DNA from: Chlamydiia bacterium
GTDB taxonomy: Bacteria; Chlamydiota; Chlamydiia; Chlamydiales; Rhabdochlamydiaceae
Direction: 5' to 3'
NCBI GenBank assembly: GCA_963804085.1
Contig: CAWDOQ010000016.1
Coordinates: 64,001 to 128,000 of the forward strand
DNA: 64,000 nucleotides
Shown: piece after piece, positions 10,053 to 20,713 of the stretch
How the letters are laid out: each line of letters starts with the position of its first letter
Position numbering within the stretch: the first letter of the stretch is position 1
Notes under the pieces: generated by a model
Databases searched by the model: none
The model's input: the letters and a program-made list of their open reading frames with translations, nothing else
Told to the model about the DNA's origin: nothing
Program-made: the position numbers and the translations under genes

Positions 10053-13000
10053 TTATGATTTTGTAAGGAAGACAGTAGCAGGCTGGCCGTTGAGGTCCCA
10101 CTCTGTTCCTTCACAATCTGTGAAGGTGACGGAGGTGGCGAGCGTCTCATGTTCGATATAGGGCTTATGGAGACGGAAGCTCTCCTTTACCCGATCGGTG
10201 GTTTTGATTTTGATGTCGATCCGATCGGTTACGGCAAAGCCCATATCTCTTCGCATCGTGTTGATCTTGTTGACAAACTCGCGCGCAAGACCTTCGAGAA
10301 GAAGCGGCTCATCGAGGCTTGTGTCTAGCGCCACTGTGATCCCCTCGACCGTCATGGCAATTGTCCCTTCTAGCACCTTGCGCTCGACCGCGACATCTTC
10401 AGGAGTGAGAGTTAGCTTCTCGCCTTCCACCGTAATCTCGATCGCTTTTCCATTCATGAGCGAGGCGAGCTCTTTCTGGGGCAGCTCCTGCACCTTCTTT
10501 TGCACCGCATTCATCAGCTTGCCCACTTTTTTCCCGAGCACCCGGAAGTTGGGTTTGGGCACAAGAGAGACAAAGTCGGTCTCGTCTGCAAGATAGATGA
10601 GATCTTTCACATTTAGCTCGTCTGCGATCAGACTCTTCTGGTCTTTGAGCGCGCTTAAGACGCTCTCATCTGCTGCAATCACATGGGCTTTAGAAAGGGG
10701 CTGGCGCACCTTCACTTTATGCTCTTTTCTCAGCGAGTGGCCGGCGCTTACAACCGTTTGGACATAGGCCATCTCTTTTTCTAAAAGCTCATCACGCAGC
10801 TCAGCTTTGTATTCGGGATAATCACAGAGATGGACAGAAAGTGGATCGCTCTTTTTGCGCAGACTTAAAAAAATCGCATCGCTTAAAAAAGGAATAAAAG
10901 AGCAGGAGATCTTTGCAACCGTTGTGAGCACCGTGTAGAGCGTATGAAACGCCTCGTCGCGATCTTGCGTCGCCTCATCTGCCCAAAATCTGCCGCGGCT
11001 TCTTCTGATGTACCAGTTGGTGAGCTGATCGATAAAGCCGACAAAAGGAGCTACTGCTTCTGCAAGCTCATAACGGTTCATGGCGCTCTCGACAGTTTGT
11101 GTGAGCTTTTGCAAAAGCGAAAGGATCCAGCGATCGATGGCAGCAACAGGTGTTGCTGGGAGCTCATTTTTTGGCTCCCACTTGTAGATTCTTGCGTAGG
11201 TGGCCAGAAAGTGGTAGGAGTTCCAAAGAGGGATGAGCACCTGCCGCATCACAAGCTCCACTCCCCTTTCGGAAAAGCGCAGATCATCGCCTTGCACGGC
11301 AGGGCTGTTGAGCAGATAGAGGCGTACAGCATCTGCACCATACTGATTGAACATCACGTCAGGTTCCGGATAATTCTTTAGCCGCTTGGACATCTTGTTG
11401 CCATCTTCGGCAAGCAGTATCCCGTTTACGACCACATTCTTGAAGGCGGGTTTATCGAAGAGCGCAACAGAGAGCACCGTAAGCGTATAGAACCAGCCAC
11501 GCGTCTGATCGAGACCTTCTGCAATAAAGTCTGCCGGAAAGCCATCTTCCGTCTCTTTGCGATTTTCAAATGGATAGTGGTTTTGCGCGTAAGGCATCGA
11601 GCCCGACTCAAACCAGCAGTCGAACACTTCGGGAATGCGTTTAAAAACAGTTCCATTCTCAGTAAAAGTGAGATCGTCGATGAAGTGTCGGTGTAGATCG
11701 TCCAGTTTTTTCCCGATGCGATCTTCCAACTCTTTTTTCGAGGAGATGACGATACAATCGCCTCTCTCATTTCTCCAGATCGGGATCGGCGTGCCCCAGT
11801 AGCGATTTCTGGAGATCGCCCAGTCGCGTGCATTTTCTAGCCACTTGCCAAAACGTCCATCTTTTATGTGCTCCGGCACCCAGTGAATCTCTGCGTTAGC
11901 GGATAAAAGCCTCTCTTTGATCTTCTCAACTGCAACAAACCAAGTTTTCACAGCTTTGTAGATGAGTGGCGTGTCCGAGCGCCAGCAAAAGGGATAGCGG
12001 TGGCGGATCTGGCCGTGATGGAAAACCTTCTTTTCCGCTTTAAGACGCTTGATGATCTCCTTGTCTGCGTCTTTTACGAACATCCCCTCGTAGTCGGGAA
12101 CCTCGCGCGTGTATTTGCCGTTGTGATCGATTGGACAGACAACCTGAATCCCTTCGCGCGCGCAAACGTAAAAGTCGACCTCTCCAAATCCCGGAGCTGC
12201 ATGTAAAACCCCCGTTCCCTCTTCGCTCGACACACACTCGTCTACGAGAATGTGGAACGCCTTTTTGTCTTTCATCGTTGCAAAATAGGAAAAGAGCGGC
12301 TCGTAGCGTTTACCCTTGAGAGACTCTCCCTTAAAACGTGCAAGAACTTCGTAGGAAGCCGGATCTGAAAAATAGGTGGCGAGACGCGAGGCTGCCAGGA
12401 TGTAGATATTTCCTGTTTTAGCCTCTTTGATCTTCACATACTCCAGATCTCCACGGACGATTAGAGCCAAATTCATCGGAAGTGTCCAAGGAGTCGTCGT
12501 CCAGACAAGAAGCGTAGTGTCCGGCTCCTCTTGCAGTTGGAAGCGCACAGTTAAAGAGGGATCGTCTACATCTTTGTAGTTGAGATTCGCTTCAAAGTTA
12601 GAAAGAGGTGTGCCCAGCTGTGCAGAGAAGGGCATCACCTTAAACCCTTCGTAAACTAACCCGCGCGCATAGAGTTCGCCAAAGACCCACCAGACAGACT
12701 CCATGAAAGAGGTGTCCATCGTGTGCCAGGTGCGAGAAAAGTCGACCCAGCGCCCCATGCGATTGACTGTCCTCTCCCACTCCTGCGTGTAGCGAAGGAC
12801 GATCTTGCGGCACTCCTCGTTAAACGCAGCTATTCCAAACGTCTCAATCGATGCTGCGCCCGAGAGCTCTTTTGCTTTTTCAATCTCATTTTCTACGGGA
12901 AGACCGTGGCAGTCCCAGCCAAAACGGCGCGGCACATAAAAGCCCTGCATCGTGCGAAAACGCAAAACGACGTCCTTAATCGTGCCCGCTAAAATGTGAC

Positions 13001-13166
13001 CGTAGTGAGGAAGCCCCGTTGCAAACGGAGGACCATCATAGAAGGAAAAGAGAGGCGAGCCTTTGCGTCCAAGAAGAGATTTTTGGAAGATCTCCTCCCG
13101 TTTCCAAAAGCTCAGAATGCGCTCTTCTCTTACAGAAAAACTCTCGTCTGTGTGTGTCTCAAACAT
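10053..13166 (-). CDS. ileS: Isoleucyl-tRNA synthetase (type 2)
   Basis: DGPPFATGLPHYGH, GWDCHGLP, WTTTPWTLP, KMSKR. Confidence 0.97.
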   Translation of the reverse strand: MFETHTDESFSVREERILSFWKREEIFQKSLLGRKGSPLFSFYDGPPFATGLPHYGHILAGTIKDVVLRFRTMQGFYVPRRFGWDCHGLPVENEIEKAKELSGAASIETFGIAAFNEECRKIVLRYTQEWERTVNRMGRWVDFSRTWHTMDTSFMESVWWVFGELYARGLVYEGFKVMPFSAQLGTPLSNFEANLNYKDVDDPSLTVRFQLQEEPDTTLLVWTTTPWTLPMNLALIVRGDLEYVKIKEAKTGNIYILAASRLATYFSDPASYEVLARFKGESLKGKRYEPLFSYFATMKDKKAFHILVDECVSSEEGTGVLHAAPGFGEVDFYVCAREGIQVVCPIDHNGKYTREVPDYEGMFVKDADKEIIKRLKAEKKVFHHGQIRHRYPFCWRSDTPLIYKAVKTWFVAVEKIKERLLSANAEIHWVPEHIKDGRFGKWLENARDWAISRNRYWGTPIPIWRNERGDCIVISSKKELEDRIGKKLDDLHRHFIDDLTFTENGTVFKRIPEVFDCWFESGSMPYAQNHYPFENRKETEDGFPADFIAEGLDQTRGWFYTLTVLSVALFDKPAFKNVVVNGILLAEDGNKMSKRLKNYPEPDVMFNQYGADAVRLYLLNSPAVQGDDLRFSERGVELVMRQVLIPLWNSYHFLATYARIYKWEPKNELPATPVAAIDRWILSLLQKLTQTVESAMNRYELAEAVAPFVGFIDQLTNWYIRRSRGRFWADEATQDRDEAFHTLYTVLTTVAKISCSFIPFLSDAIFLSLRKKSDPLSVHLCDYPEYKAELRDELLEKEMAYVQTVVSAGHSLRKEHKVKVRQPLSKAHVIAADESVLSALKDQKSLIADELNVKDLIYLADETDFVSLVPKPNFRVLGKKVGKLMNAVQKKVQELPQKELASLMNGKAIEITVEGEKLTLTPEDVAVERKVLEGTIAMTVEGITVALDTSLDEPLLLEGLAREFVNKINTMRRDMGFAVTDRIDIKIKTTDRVKESFRLHKPYIEHETLATSVTFTDCEGTEWDLNGQPATVFLTKS

Positions 13167-13201
13167 GCCTGCACATACTAACAAAAGTTAATAGATAAAA
13201 T

Positions 13202-13714
13202 CTAGCGAGCGTCGCCTAAAAAATTACGAATCCCCTCTTTGCTCTCCCATAAACAATCCGCAAGATTCTTGTAGACCCGGTCAGCCAAAGTGGGAGAAAA
13301 GAGCCCTAAAACACAAATACCTATGGAAGCTCCTGACATACCTGAAACTAGAAGCAGCTGCTTGGCTGTGAAATTGATCTTCGGATCCTTGCATAAACTC
13401 ACTAAAGCCGAGAGAGCAAAAATAAGAGCTAAAATGCAATTGTGCACCAGGCAGACAAACGAGATAAACCCCGCCTCAAAATGGTGCGCACGCGAGGTTA
13501 GCAATGCCGGATCCCAGCCGCTTACCTCTCTACTTAAATAATCTTCATTTTTTTCGGAGACTCGAGACACTGTGTGTAGTGCGACAGAACCGATCATTTG
13601 ATGTAAGGTTGCATTTTTAGCCTCTAGACTAGTCAGAGCTTTTTCGCCTAACTCCTCTACTTTTTTTAGTACTTGTGTAGCCGTGTCTACTACTCCTGGA
13701 ACAGCCGTTGTCAT
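13202..13714 (-). CDS. Hypothetical membrane protein with bilobed hydrophobic segment (Inc-like)
   Basis: AGGAG RBS; two long hydrophobic stretches in the C-terminal half. Confidence 0.55.
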   Translation of the reverse strand: MTTAVPGVVDTATQVLKKVEELGEKALTSLEAKNATLHQMIGSVALHTVSRVSEKNEDYLSREVSGWDPALLTSRAHHFEAGFISFVCLVHNCILALIFALSALVSLCKDPKINFTAKQLLLVSGMSGASIGICVLGLFSPTLADRVYKNLADCLWESKEGIRNFLGDAR

Positions 13715-13816
13715 ATTTCCATCTCCTCATTGTAATTAATTAAGCTACAGAGCATTATAGGCAAAACTCTCATTTATTGAGAGAATTAAATTATTGCTTT
13801 TGTTATGTTAATTTGT

Positions 13817-14187
13817 GGGGGTGTAAAGGTTTCGACTTAGGGACAAAGTATCAGTGGCATGCGGAGGATGTCGGTTGGCCTCCTTAATCATCCGATAAAA
13901 AAAGAATTGATACTAACGAAGAATATCAATTAGCTGCTTAAGACCTAACAGTCTTAAACGCTCGTGTAATCTAGTGCCTGACCAGGAGCGCTAGAACTAC
14001 ATGTCATCAACCCTGGTATGAACCTGCTCTGTCCTGCTTTTACAGAGTAGAATTCGAGACAGAAAAAGCAAGGCGGCCCGAAGTGGGGCGTCTTTCAGCA
14101 CGGCCGCCTAAAACTACAAAGACGATAAGCATGTAGTCATTGATATAGAGTTTGCTAAGGACGAGAGTTCGATTCTCTCCACCTCCA
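13817..14187 (+). ncRNA. ssrA: tmRNA
   Basis: 5' GGGGGTGTAAAGGTTTCGAC and 3' GAGAGTTCGATTCTCTCCACCTCCA form the tRNA-like domain; tag frame at 13909-13941 encodes DTNEEYQLAA*. Confidence 0.97.
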
Positions 14188-14226
14188 AAATTCAGACTAA
14201 ACCAAATCAAATAAGATTAAGATCAT

Positions 14227-14260
14227 AAGGGACTTACGGGAAACCGATAAGTCCCTTTTT
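14227..14260 (+). terminator. Intrinsic terminator after ssrA (supplied by the island)
   Basis: AAGGGACTTA...TAAGTCCCTT followed by T tract. Confidence 0.8.
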
Positions 14261-14530
14261 ATTTCTTTAAGCTACTTTTTTCCGGCCAAGTGCGTAAAAT
14301 TTGCGTAATCGAAAACCCTTCGACTGGAGGGACTCATATCGCGTCCTCCTCTCTATCAATTTTTCAAAGAGGAACCATGTCCATAAAACTGAATTTCAAA
14401 CCGAAAACCCTTAAGTATGACCTAAATGCTAAGGATTACTCGCCGCTCATTCTGGGCGAGGCTACCGAACTCATCCCCGATATCGAAAAGTACCGAGAGA
14501 AATTTCCGAACAATTCAAACTGTTTTCTGT

Positions 14531-15130
14531 TTATGTGAAATTGGCATACCCTATGTAGATGGCTGTTGCAATCAATAATAAACCAGTCAAAAGATTAAAT
14601 ATGCGCAAACGAAACCGACTCTTTAATAACAAAGATAGTTTCTCCCCCAAAAATGCCCAAATAGCCAGTGAAATATAACAAATAAAAAAATAGATGCTAA
14701 CGAATGTTAAAAAAGATCCGTAACTTTCTGGGTTAGAAAAGATTGAAACACCAGATACACATGCAATCCATGCTTTAGGATTTACCCACTGAAGCACAAA
14801 GCCTTCATAAAATTTAGGGATATCCGTTTTTTTTACTTTTATTTCAGGATGTGAAGAAGCTATTTTATATCCCATATAAATAATATATAAAACCCCCGCA
14901 ACAGAAATGAAGGTGAGCAGAAATGGGTACGCTTCAATAAATTTTTTAAAAAAAAGTCCCACAAAAAGCAAGAGCAACGTAAAGCCTATCGTTGCTCCTG
15001 ATACATAAGGAATTGTTTTCTTTACGCCATAATCAACACCAGATGAAAGAATAATCATGTTCACGGGTCCTGGGGAAATTGACATTGCTAAAGAAAACGA
15101 AAACATTGCAAATATAAGGGAAAGGGACAT
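14531..15130 (-). CDS. LysE/RhtB family amino acid exporter
   Basis: SISPGPVNM, GFVLQWVNPKAW, hydrophobic 199 aa. Confidence 0.92.
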   Translation of the reverse strand: MSLSLIFAMFSFSLAMSISPGPVNMIILSSGVDYGVKKTIPYVSGATIGFTLLLLFVGLFFKKFIEAYPFLLTFISVAGVLYIIYMGYKIASSHPEIKVKKTDIPKFYEGFVLQWVNPKAWIACVSGVSIFSNPESYGSFLTFVSIYFFICYISLAIWAFLGEKLSLLLKSRFRLRIFNLLTGLLLIATAIYIGYANFT

Positions 15131-15251
15131 CAGTACTCCTACGTGTTTTCTTTTTCGACTTTGTGTAATTTGGTGATCAACTCGCTACTAGAATCGAGGA
15201 GATCGGAAAAATGCAGGTCAGTCAAATCGAAAGCTATGATGAATGAATCAA

Positions 15252-15662
15252 TCATCTGAGCAACCCCAGCGAACCTGTATATTTATTGACGAGTTTGCGA
15301 TTGCCATAAATGGCGATACCGTAATAGTTCAAGACCTCTTTTGCGCTCTTTTTCAGCTGCGCGGCATATTCCTCATAGGAAGCAGTGTTTGAAGTTGCGT
15401 CAATTAAATCTACCACTGTCAATTCTCCTTCATGAAGTTTAAGCCCCTCCCGAATTTCTTTGAGCTTGCCTGCTCCTTTTAAGACGGGCAGAGGTACAGT
15501 TGTGATCCCCTGATGCTCATGGCCCGAGCCATCCTCTAAATTGCGGCCGACTAAATCGGGGTGGAGCTTGCCAATACTCATCATTAGAACGGCGGCCGAA
15601 TTCACCAACAGACCTAAGGACAGGTTCTCATCTAACACTATAACACATTTATTCTCCGACAT
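15252..15662 (-). CDS. DUF2000 family protein
   Basis: KCVIVLD..L..G...N..A, H.GI...P.PVL, GIAIYG...VNKYTGSLGLLR. Confidence 0.8.
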   Translation of the reverse strand: MSENKCVIVLDENLSLGLLVNSAAVLMMSIGKLHPDLVGRNLEDGSGHEHQGITTVPLPVLKGAGKLKEIREGLKLHEGELTVVDLIDATSNTASYEEYAAQLKKSAKEVLNYYGIAIYGNRKLVNKYTGSLGLLR

Positions 15663-15752
15663 GCTTCCCCCTGTTTTTTCTCCACTCTACCATGTTGTAG
15701 ATTAAGTGATAATATGCTATAACTTGAATTCACTGTTTTATGAGATCGATCA

Positions 15753-16625
15753 ATGTTTGATGAACTTAGGGCGATTGCCGTCTTCGCCAAAACTATTGAG
15801 ACTGGCTCTTTTAGGGGATGCGCTAAAGCTTTAGGACTATCTCCTTCTGTAGTGAGCCATCACATTGCACAACTCGAGCACAAACTAGGTCTGACCCTTT
15901 TATATCGCTCCACGCGCAAAATGTCTTTAACAGCGGAAGGAGAACAGCTTTATGAAGCATCAAAAAAAATGCTAGAAGCTATCGAATTTGGCCTCGACGC
16001 AATCTTACCAGCAGCAAAAAAGCCTTCTGGAACATTAAAAGTGACTATGCCTTCGATTCTGGTGCGCAGCGGCCTGATGCAGAAAATTGCCCAGTTTTGT
16101 TGTGAGCTTCCGAATGTCAAACTTGATCTCAACTTTACCGATAAAACCGTTGATTTAATAGAAGAGAGGTTCGATATCGGAATTAGGATTGGCACACTCA
16201 AAGAGAGCGGTTTAATGGCAAAAAAATTATTCTCCTTTGGCCGAAAGCTCGTCTGTTCCCCTTTGTTTTTTAAAAAACAGGCCAAGGCTAAAATACCTGA
16301 AGATCTGGGCACTTGGCGTTGGATCGGGACGAGATGCGCCCCTTTGTCGCGCCGGTTTAGAAACAGCGCAGGACAGAGTGTTGTTGTCGACTACCAACCG
16401 AATTTAATGTGCGATTCAGTGGATGCCGCCTACCAGCTTGCCGTTGCAGGGGTCGGTTTGAGTTCGCCTCCCGATTTCTTGGTTGAGAAAGATATCAAAG
16501 AAGGAAAACTCGTGGAAGTTCTTCCGGAATGGCAAATGGAGCCGTTGAATGTCTATGCAATCTGGCCCAAAAACCTCTTAAAAAACAACCTAGCTTCCAG
16601 ATTTAGATGCAGTCTTGCAAGCTAA
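15753..16625 (+). CDS. LysR family transcriptional regulator
   Basis: N-terminal HTH (GSF..AK.LG.SPS.VS..I..LE..LG..L..RSTR); divergent from DUF2000/lysE. Confidence 0.95.
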   Translation: MFDELRAIAVFAKTIETGSFRGCAKALGLSPSVVSHHIAQLEHKLGLTLLYRSTRKMSLTAEGEQLYEASKKMLEAIEFGLDAILPAAKKPSGTLKVTMPSILVRSGLMQKIAQFCCELPNVKLDLNFTDKTVDLIEERFDIGIRIGTLKESGLMAKKLFSFGRKLVCSPLFFKKQAKAKIPEDLGTWRWIGTRCAPLSRRFRNSAGQSVVVDYQPNLMCDSVDAAYQLAVAGVGLSSPPDFLVEKDIKEGKLVEVLPEWQMEPLNVYAIWPKNLLKNNLASRFRCSLAS

Positions 16626-16714
16626 TTCTGATCAATATGTCCTGTGTGCACCGCTTGTTATAAGAGCCGTATACCATCTTCTTCCAGGGGATTACAATGA
16701 ATGGTGTTCTATGC

Positions 16715-16966
16715 TTAAGACTCTTGAAATTGAAATAATACATCTTTGCTAGTTTTGATGAGTTCCATTACCTCTTTATGCTTTGCCTTGGCTTCTTTGG
16801 TATAACCCCCATGCTTGATAACAGAGCGACGTGCCCTTTCTTTGCCTGCTTGAGATCTAGGCCCTCTAGAACGCCCACCGTGCATCCGACAGGTTGACTT
16901 CTTCCGGATAGCCCAATTTCGACATTGCCGTCTTGATCTTTTGCTGGTAGCTGTACACTGTCCCAT
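16715..16966 (-). CDS. HGGxSTG-domain protein
   Basis: C.A.SKR...C......C.MHGG.S.GP.S..GK.......KHG.Y. Confidence 0.85.
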   Translation of the reverse strand: MGQCTATSKRSRRQCRNWAIRKKSTCRMHGGRSRGPRSQAGKERARRSVIKHGGYTKEAKAKHKEVMELIKTSKDVLFQFQES

Positions 16967-16978
16967 GATGCAAGGGGT

Positions 16979-17608
16979 TTAATCCAAGGATTTTTTCCCA
17001 ATCCCTCCCCCAGCCGCCGAAACGTTCTGAGCAACAATTGCCTGCCCCTCATTGTAAACATGGACTACTTGCACGGTTTGTTGCCCCTTGGATCGATATT
17101 TCAACAGGGCTTGCATAGTCTGATTTGCCACGTTGAAGAGTTTGGTCGCTAAATTGATGTAGCGCTCTATATGGTAAAAACCCTCTTGAAAGTGAGCTTG
17201 GCGTAAGCAGTCCATAGCCGAGTTTTGCAAAGTCAAAAATTGTCCTGCAAGGAGTGCCTCAGTCTCATCTTGTGGCCTGAGCGTTGGAAGCAAAGAGGAC
17301 ATGCGTGTCAAGCGCTGTTCTTCCGTCGAGTCACACATACCACGGGATACTTGAGCAAGCAGAGCAACGGAATAGTTGAAATCACCAGTACCCGTTGTTT
17401 TTTTGAAAGCCTCAACAAACCGTCCCTTTGATTCGTGGGTCAGTCTCGTACCATCTGACAAAACTAAATCCAACTGCCCCTTGCTTGATTTATCATCCGA
17501 TCCTTTCTGAAATTTTAGGGATGGCCCTAACGGCTCTACACTCATCGGTAACTTTTGCGTAAGGTCAGCATTAACAACAGCCTTTTGCTCTTGTACATTC
17601 TCTTTCAT
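16979..17608 (-). CDS. Hypothetical protein of the type found beside HGGxSTG genes in integrated elements
   Basis: P.DE.EALLA.Q and ALLKYR.KGQQ.VQVVHV...GQAIV..V pattern; same operon. Confidence 0.6.
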   Translation of the reverse strand: MKENVQEQKAVVNADLTQKLPMSVEPLGPSLKFQKGSDDKSSKGQLDLVLSDGTRLTHESKGRFVEAFKKTTGTGDFNYSVALLAQVSRGMCDSTEEQRLTRMSSLLPTLRPQDETEALLAGQFLTLQNSAMDCLRQAHFQEGFYHIERYINLATKLFNVANQTMQALLKYRSKGQQTVQVVHVYNEGQAIVAQNVSAAGGGIGKKSLD

Positions 17609-17864
17609 ATTTTTCGCTCCCTCGGTAACGCTTCAAAGTTACCGCTTAACAGTTTCATAAATAATATATTACACATGTCGGTAGCTGGTAACATCAACTT
17701 ACACCTGTTCTTTGCACAATGTGGCAGTAACCTTAACCCGCGCCTCCCTTTCGCTTTGCCACAGACATTCTCTGCTACCGCGCTACCGAAAAAACATAAC
17801 AATCTAAAAAAACAATACATTACACCTAAAAATCAAGCGTTACTCTGGGGTAACATAGTAGCGC

Positions 17865-19920
17865 TCACACTCCCAAAACCCGTTCCACAGGAATCAAGAC
17901 ACACCGCTGATTGACACCGGCCATTTTCACCTGGGCACTCCCGACTGCTCCTTCGATCCTTGCTAAAGGACTTCGGATGTCCAAGACAGCGTACTCCGTA
18001 TCCTTGAGCAGATGCCTCGTCACACTCTCACATCGAAGTGCCAAAAAATCTTTCGATTTGTGCATTACGATTTTCAGTCCGTGCCGCTCTAATTCATCAA
18101 CATAGCGCCCGGCTTTTTGTAGCATCTCCCCGACAGAAACCTTGTTGCCTTCGACATAAATAAGGCTCGCTAAAATCGTATCAAGGAGCTTATCACCGTC
18201 ATCTTCTGATTGAAGGGTCGCCCATCTTGGAAAAATATCCTCTATTCCCTCAGGGGCCGCTATCGCTAACAGCGCAGAAGCATACATGAAGTTTTCCACA
18301 GTACGAACCTCGATCCCCTGCTGCTCTTGTATGAATACCTGTCGATCTGCATTGATCTCTTGCGCCTTTGCCTCAATCTCAAGCCACGCAAGAATCATTG
18401 TCACCACGATTTTGGCTGCAATAACAGCCCCTTCTCCAACACCAAATCGTTCAAGAGGAGGCGAAGCATTCGTCAGCTTTTTCAGCTCAAATTTGATCAT
18501 CCTCGATTCCTGTGCTGCATCCTGCATGACCTTCTTAGGCAAATAGATCGACCCGAACCAAGGTATGTGATGCAAATGAAACCGATGTGCCTTATCAGAC
18601 CCCGTGCCGCTGGTTTTTTGACCACCTCGGTTGAAGAGTTTAGCCAGCTCAAGGATGTCTGGAATATGCTTATGCTTCTCGAACTCGTCGAACACGGGAA
18701 TGCGACCGCTGTTGCCGATGGTTTGGGCAGTAGCATGTGCCGTACTCTTATCCAAACGCTCAACTTGCCCGCCATAGATGCCCTGCAAAATGTCCTCGAA
18801 AAAAGTGGACTTGCCGGTTGACTTCGCCCCCGTTAGATAAATCCAAGGCCGCCAGGGCATGGCTTGTTGCATAATCGACAACATGACAAAAGCCGTTACA
18901 AAGGCACTCATTGATGGGTCTAACCAATTCCACTGTTTTACCCTGGCATAAATAAGACTGAAAACGCTCTTTAGGTCGCTCTGCTCCATTCGCATAGCCT
19001 CTTCAACTATTGACCAATTCAACCAAGACGCCCCTTCTGTTTCGATCAATTTACCTTCAAAGATAGGCTCTTCGAGATACTGCAACCGATTTCCTTCGAC
19101 AATGGCAGCTTTCTTGCCAGAGATAATCAACCACCTCTTATTGATGTACCAAACACCCGCTTTCAAAGGCGCCTGATCGTCGATAAATCCCTTCTTATGC
19201 GCCGTGTCGATCAGTTGGAGCTTGAGTGCCTTTTCTGCACCCTCCTCCCGAAACCATTCGGAATCGCCCCCAACGTAGAGCCGAAGTTCATCCTTGTTCA
19301 ACCTCCCTGCAGGAAGCGCTATGAGACGTCCATCCTTCCAAATCAAAATCTCGCGTTGGGCATTATGGCCAAGGACATAGAAAGGTAGCTTGACCTCCGT
19401 CTCTTCAGCCATCTCAAGCAACCGCACACTATTCCGCAGCTCTATGATTTCTTCCATCAAAACACCCTGCTCTTTGTCGCGGACATCCAATTGTTCCGAC
19501 CTCATTTTTACGTCAGGGTCTTCTAGAGAAAGTCCTCTTGCCTCCATCTCGCGTTCAAAGGCCGTGCGATCAACGAGCAAGGCGGTAGATTCAACGTAAT
19601 GCCTCTTCTCCAAGATATCGATTTGCGTCCATACTTTGTCCGCTTGTTGACCTCTCTCATCCTTGCAAAAATAGTCATCCTGAAAAGACGTTAAGGTAAC
19701 ACCAATGTGCTTCTCATTTAAAAATGCTTCAATCGTCTCTTTAGTCCTCGAGGGACAGCTCCACGCTCCTGCTGCCATCATGCCAATGACAACCGGCCGC
19801 CTTTAAATCATCCTTTACCACCTTTAAAGCCTTCACTGCCCCTTTCTTAGGTTGGATCAAAAAGGCCTTTGCCGATATTGGGTCTGGTGGTGTATCCGTA
19901 GGTGTAGTATTATTGGTCAT
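17865..19920 (-). CDS. Element replication protein (P-loop NTPase / helicase-like); probable frameshift near 19775
   Basis: Walker A GAKSTGKST and Walker B VFDEFE. A short upstream ORF from ATG 19920 (..KDDLKAAGCHW..) appears to join the GAWSCP start of ORF 17865-19781. Confidence 0.7.
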
Positions 19921-20087
19921 TAAAAATCTCGTTCTTGTGGTTGATAAAAGTCCCTCCCAAGTTGACGCTTGGGAGGAACAAGGCTTAAAGTCCTAAGATT
20001 TCAGCCACTTTGCGCGCTTCAGTTTCGTACTTTTCTGGGCACTGACTGAGGCGCTTTTTTTGCCATTCGTATTCGATCCAGACACTT

Positions 20088-20411
20088 TTACGAGTGCTGT
20101 GCACAACCCGATTGTATCTTGATCTTTCCTGACATTTCCTTAGCATCCTCTACCTCCTTTATGGGCATATTGGTTTTGAGTTGAGAAAGACGAGCCAAAC
20201 AGGCATCCCATGCAACCTGATCGATAAGAACCCGTCTGTGATATCTGAGAATAGCGGAGGCAAAAGGACTTTGCGCCCCTTGTTGAACGATGGCACGCAC
20301 TGCGTGCTCGCTAGAAGGCCATGCCCCCGTCTCACGGTTTTTTTGGCAAAACTCGCGTACAGTGCGAACGATTTTGTTATTGGTAATTTCTAATGTTTGA
20401 ATTGTTGTCAT
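20088..20411 (-). CDS. Small putative DNA-binding / excisionase-like protein
   Basis: GGAG RBS; TVREF...WPS..A.R....RRVLID winged-helix-like pattern; lies upstream of the rep gene. Confidence 0.5.
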   Translation of the reverse strand: MTTIQTLEITNNKIVRTVREFCQKNRETGAWPSSEHAVRAIVQQGAQSPFASAILRYHRRVLIDQVAWDACLARLSQLKTNMPIKEVEDAKEMSGKIKIQSGCAQHS

Positions 20412-20713
20412 TACACGCTCCTTTATTTGATTTTTCCGCGTATGCCCTCATTTTACTTATTTTAGGCCAGCGGCAAAGGAGTCGTCTAAAAATAGACGTT
20501 TAAATAGGAGGGGATTGCATAGAGAGGAAAATTTTTATAAAAAATCCCCTCTTCTAAATTTAAACACCCCCCTCTTCGATAGAATAGCCTTTCTTGAAGC
20601 CTAGGCAACGACCGTTTTCCCAATGACGAGGATCGGTTGCTTTGGCCGCTTTAGCATAACGAGAAGACACATCACGGTACAAGTCGAATACCACGAGCTT
20701 TAACCTCTTTATT

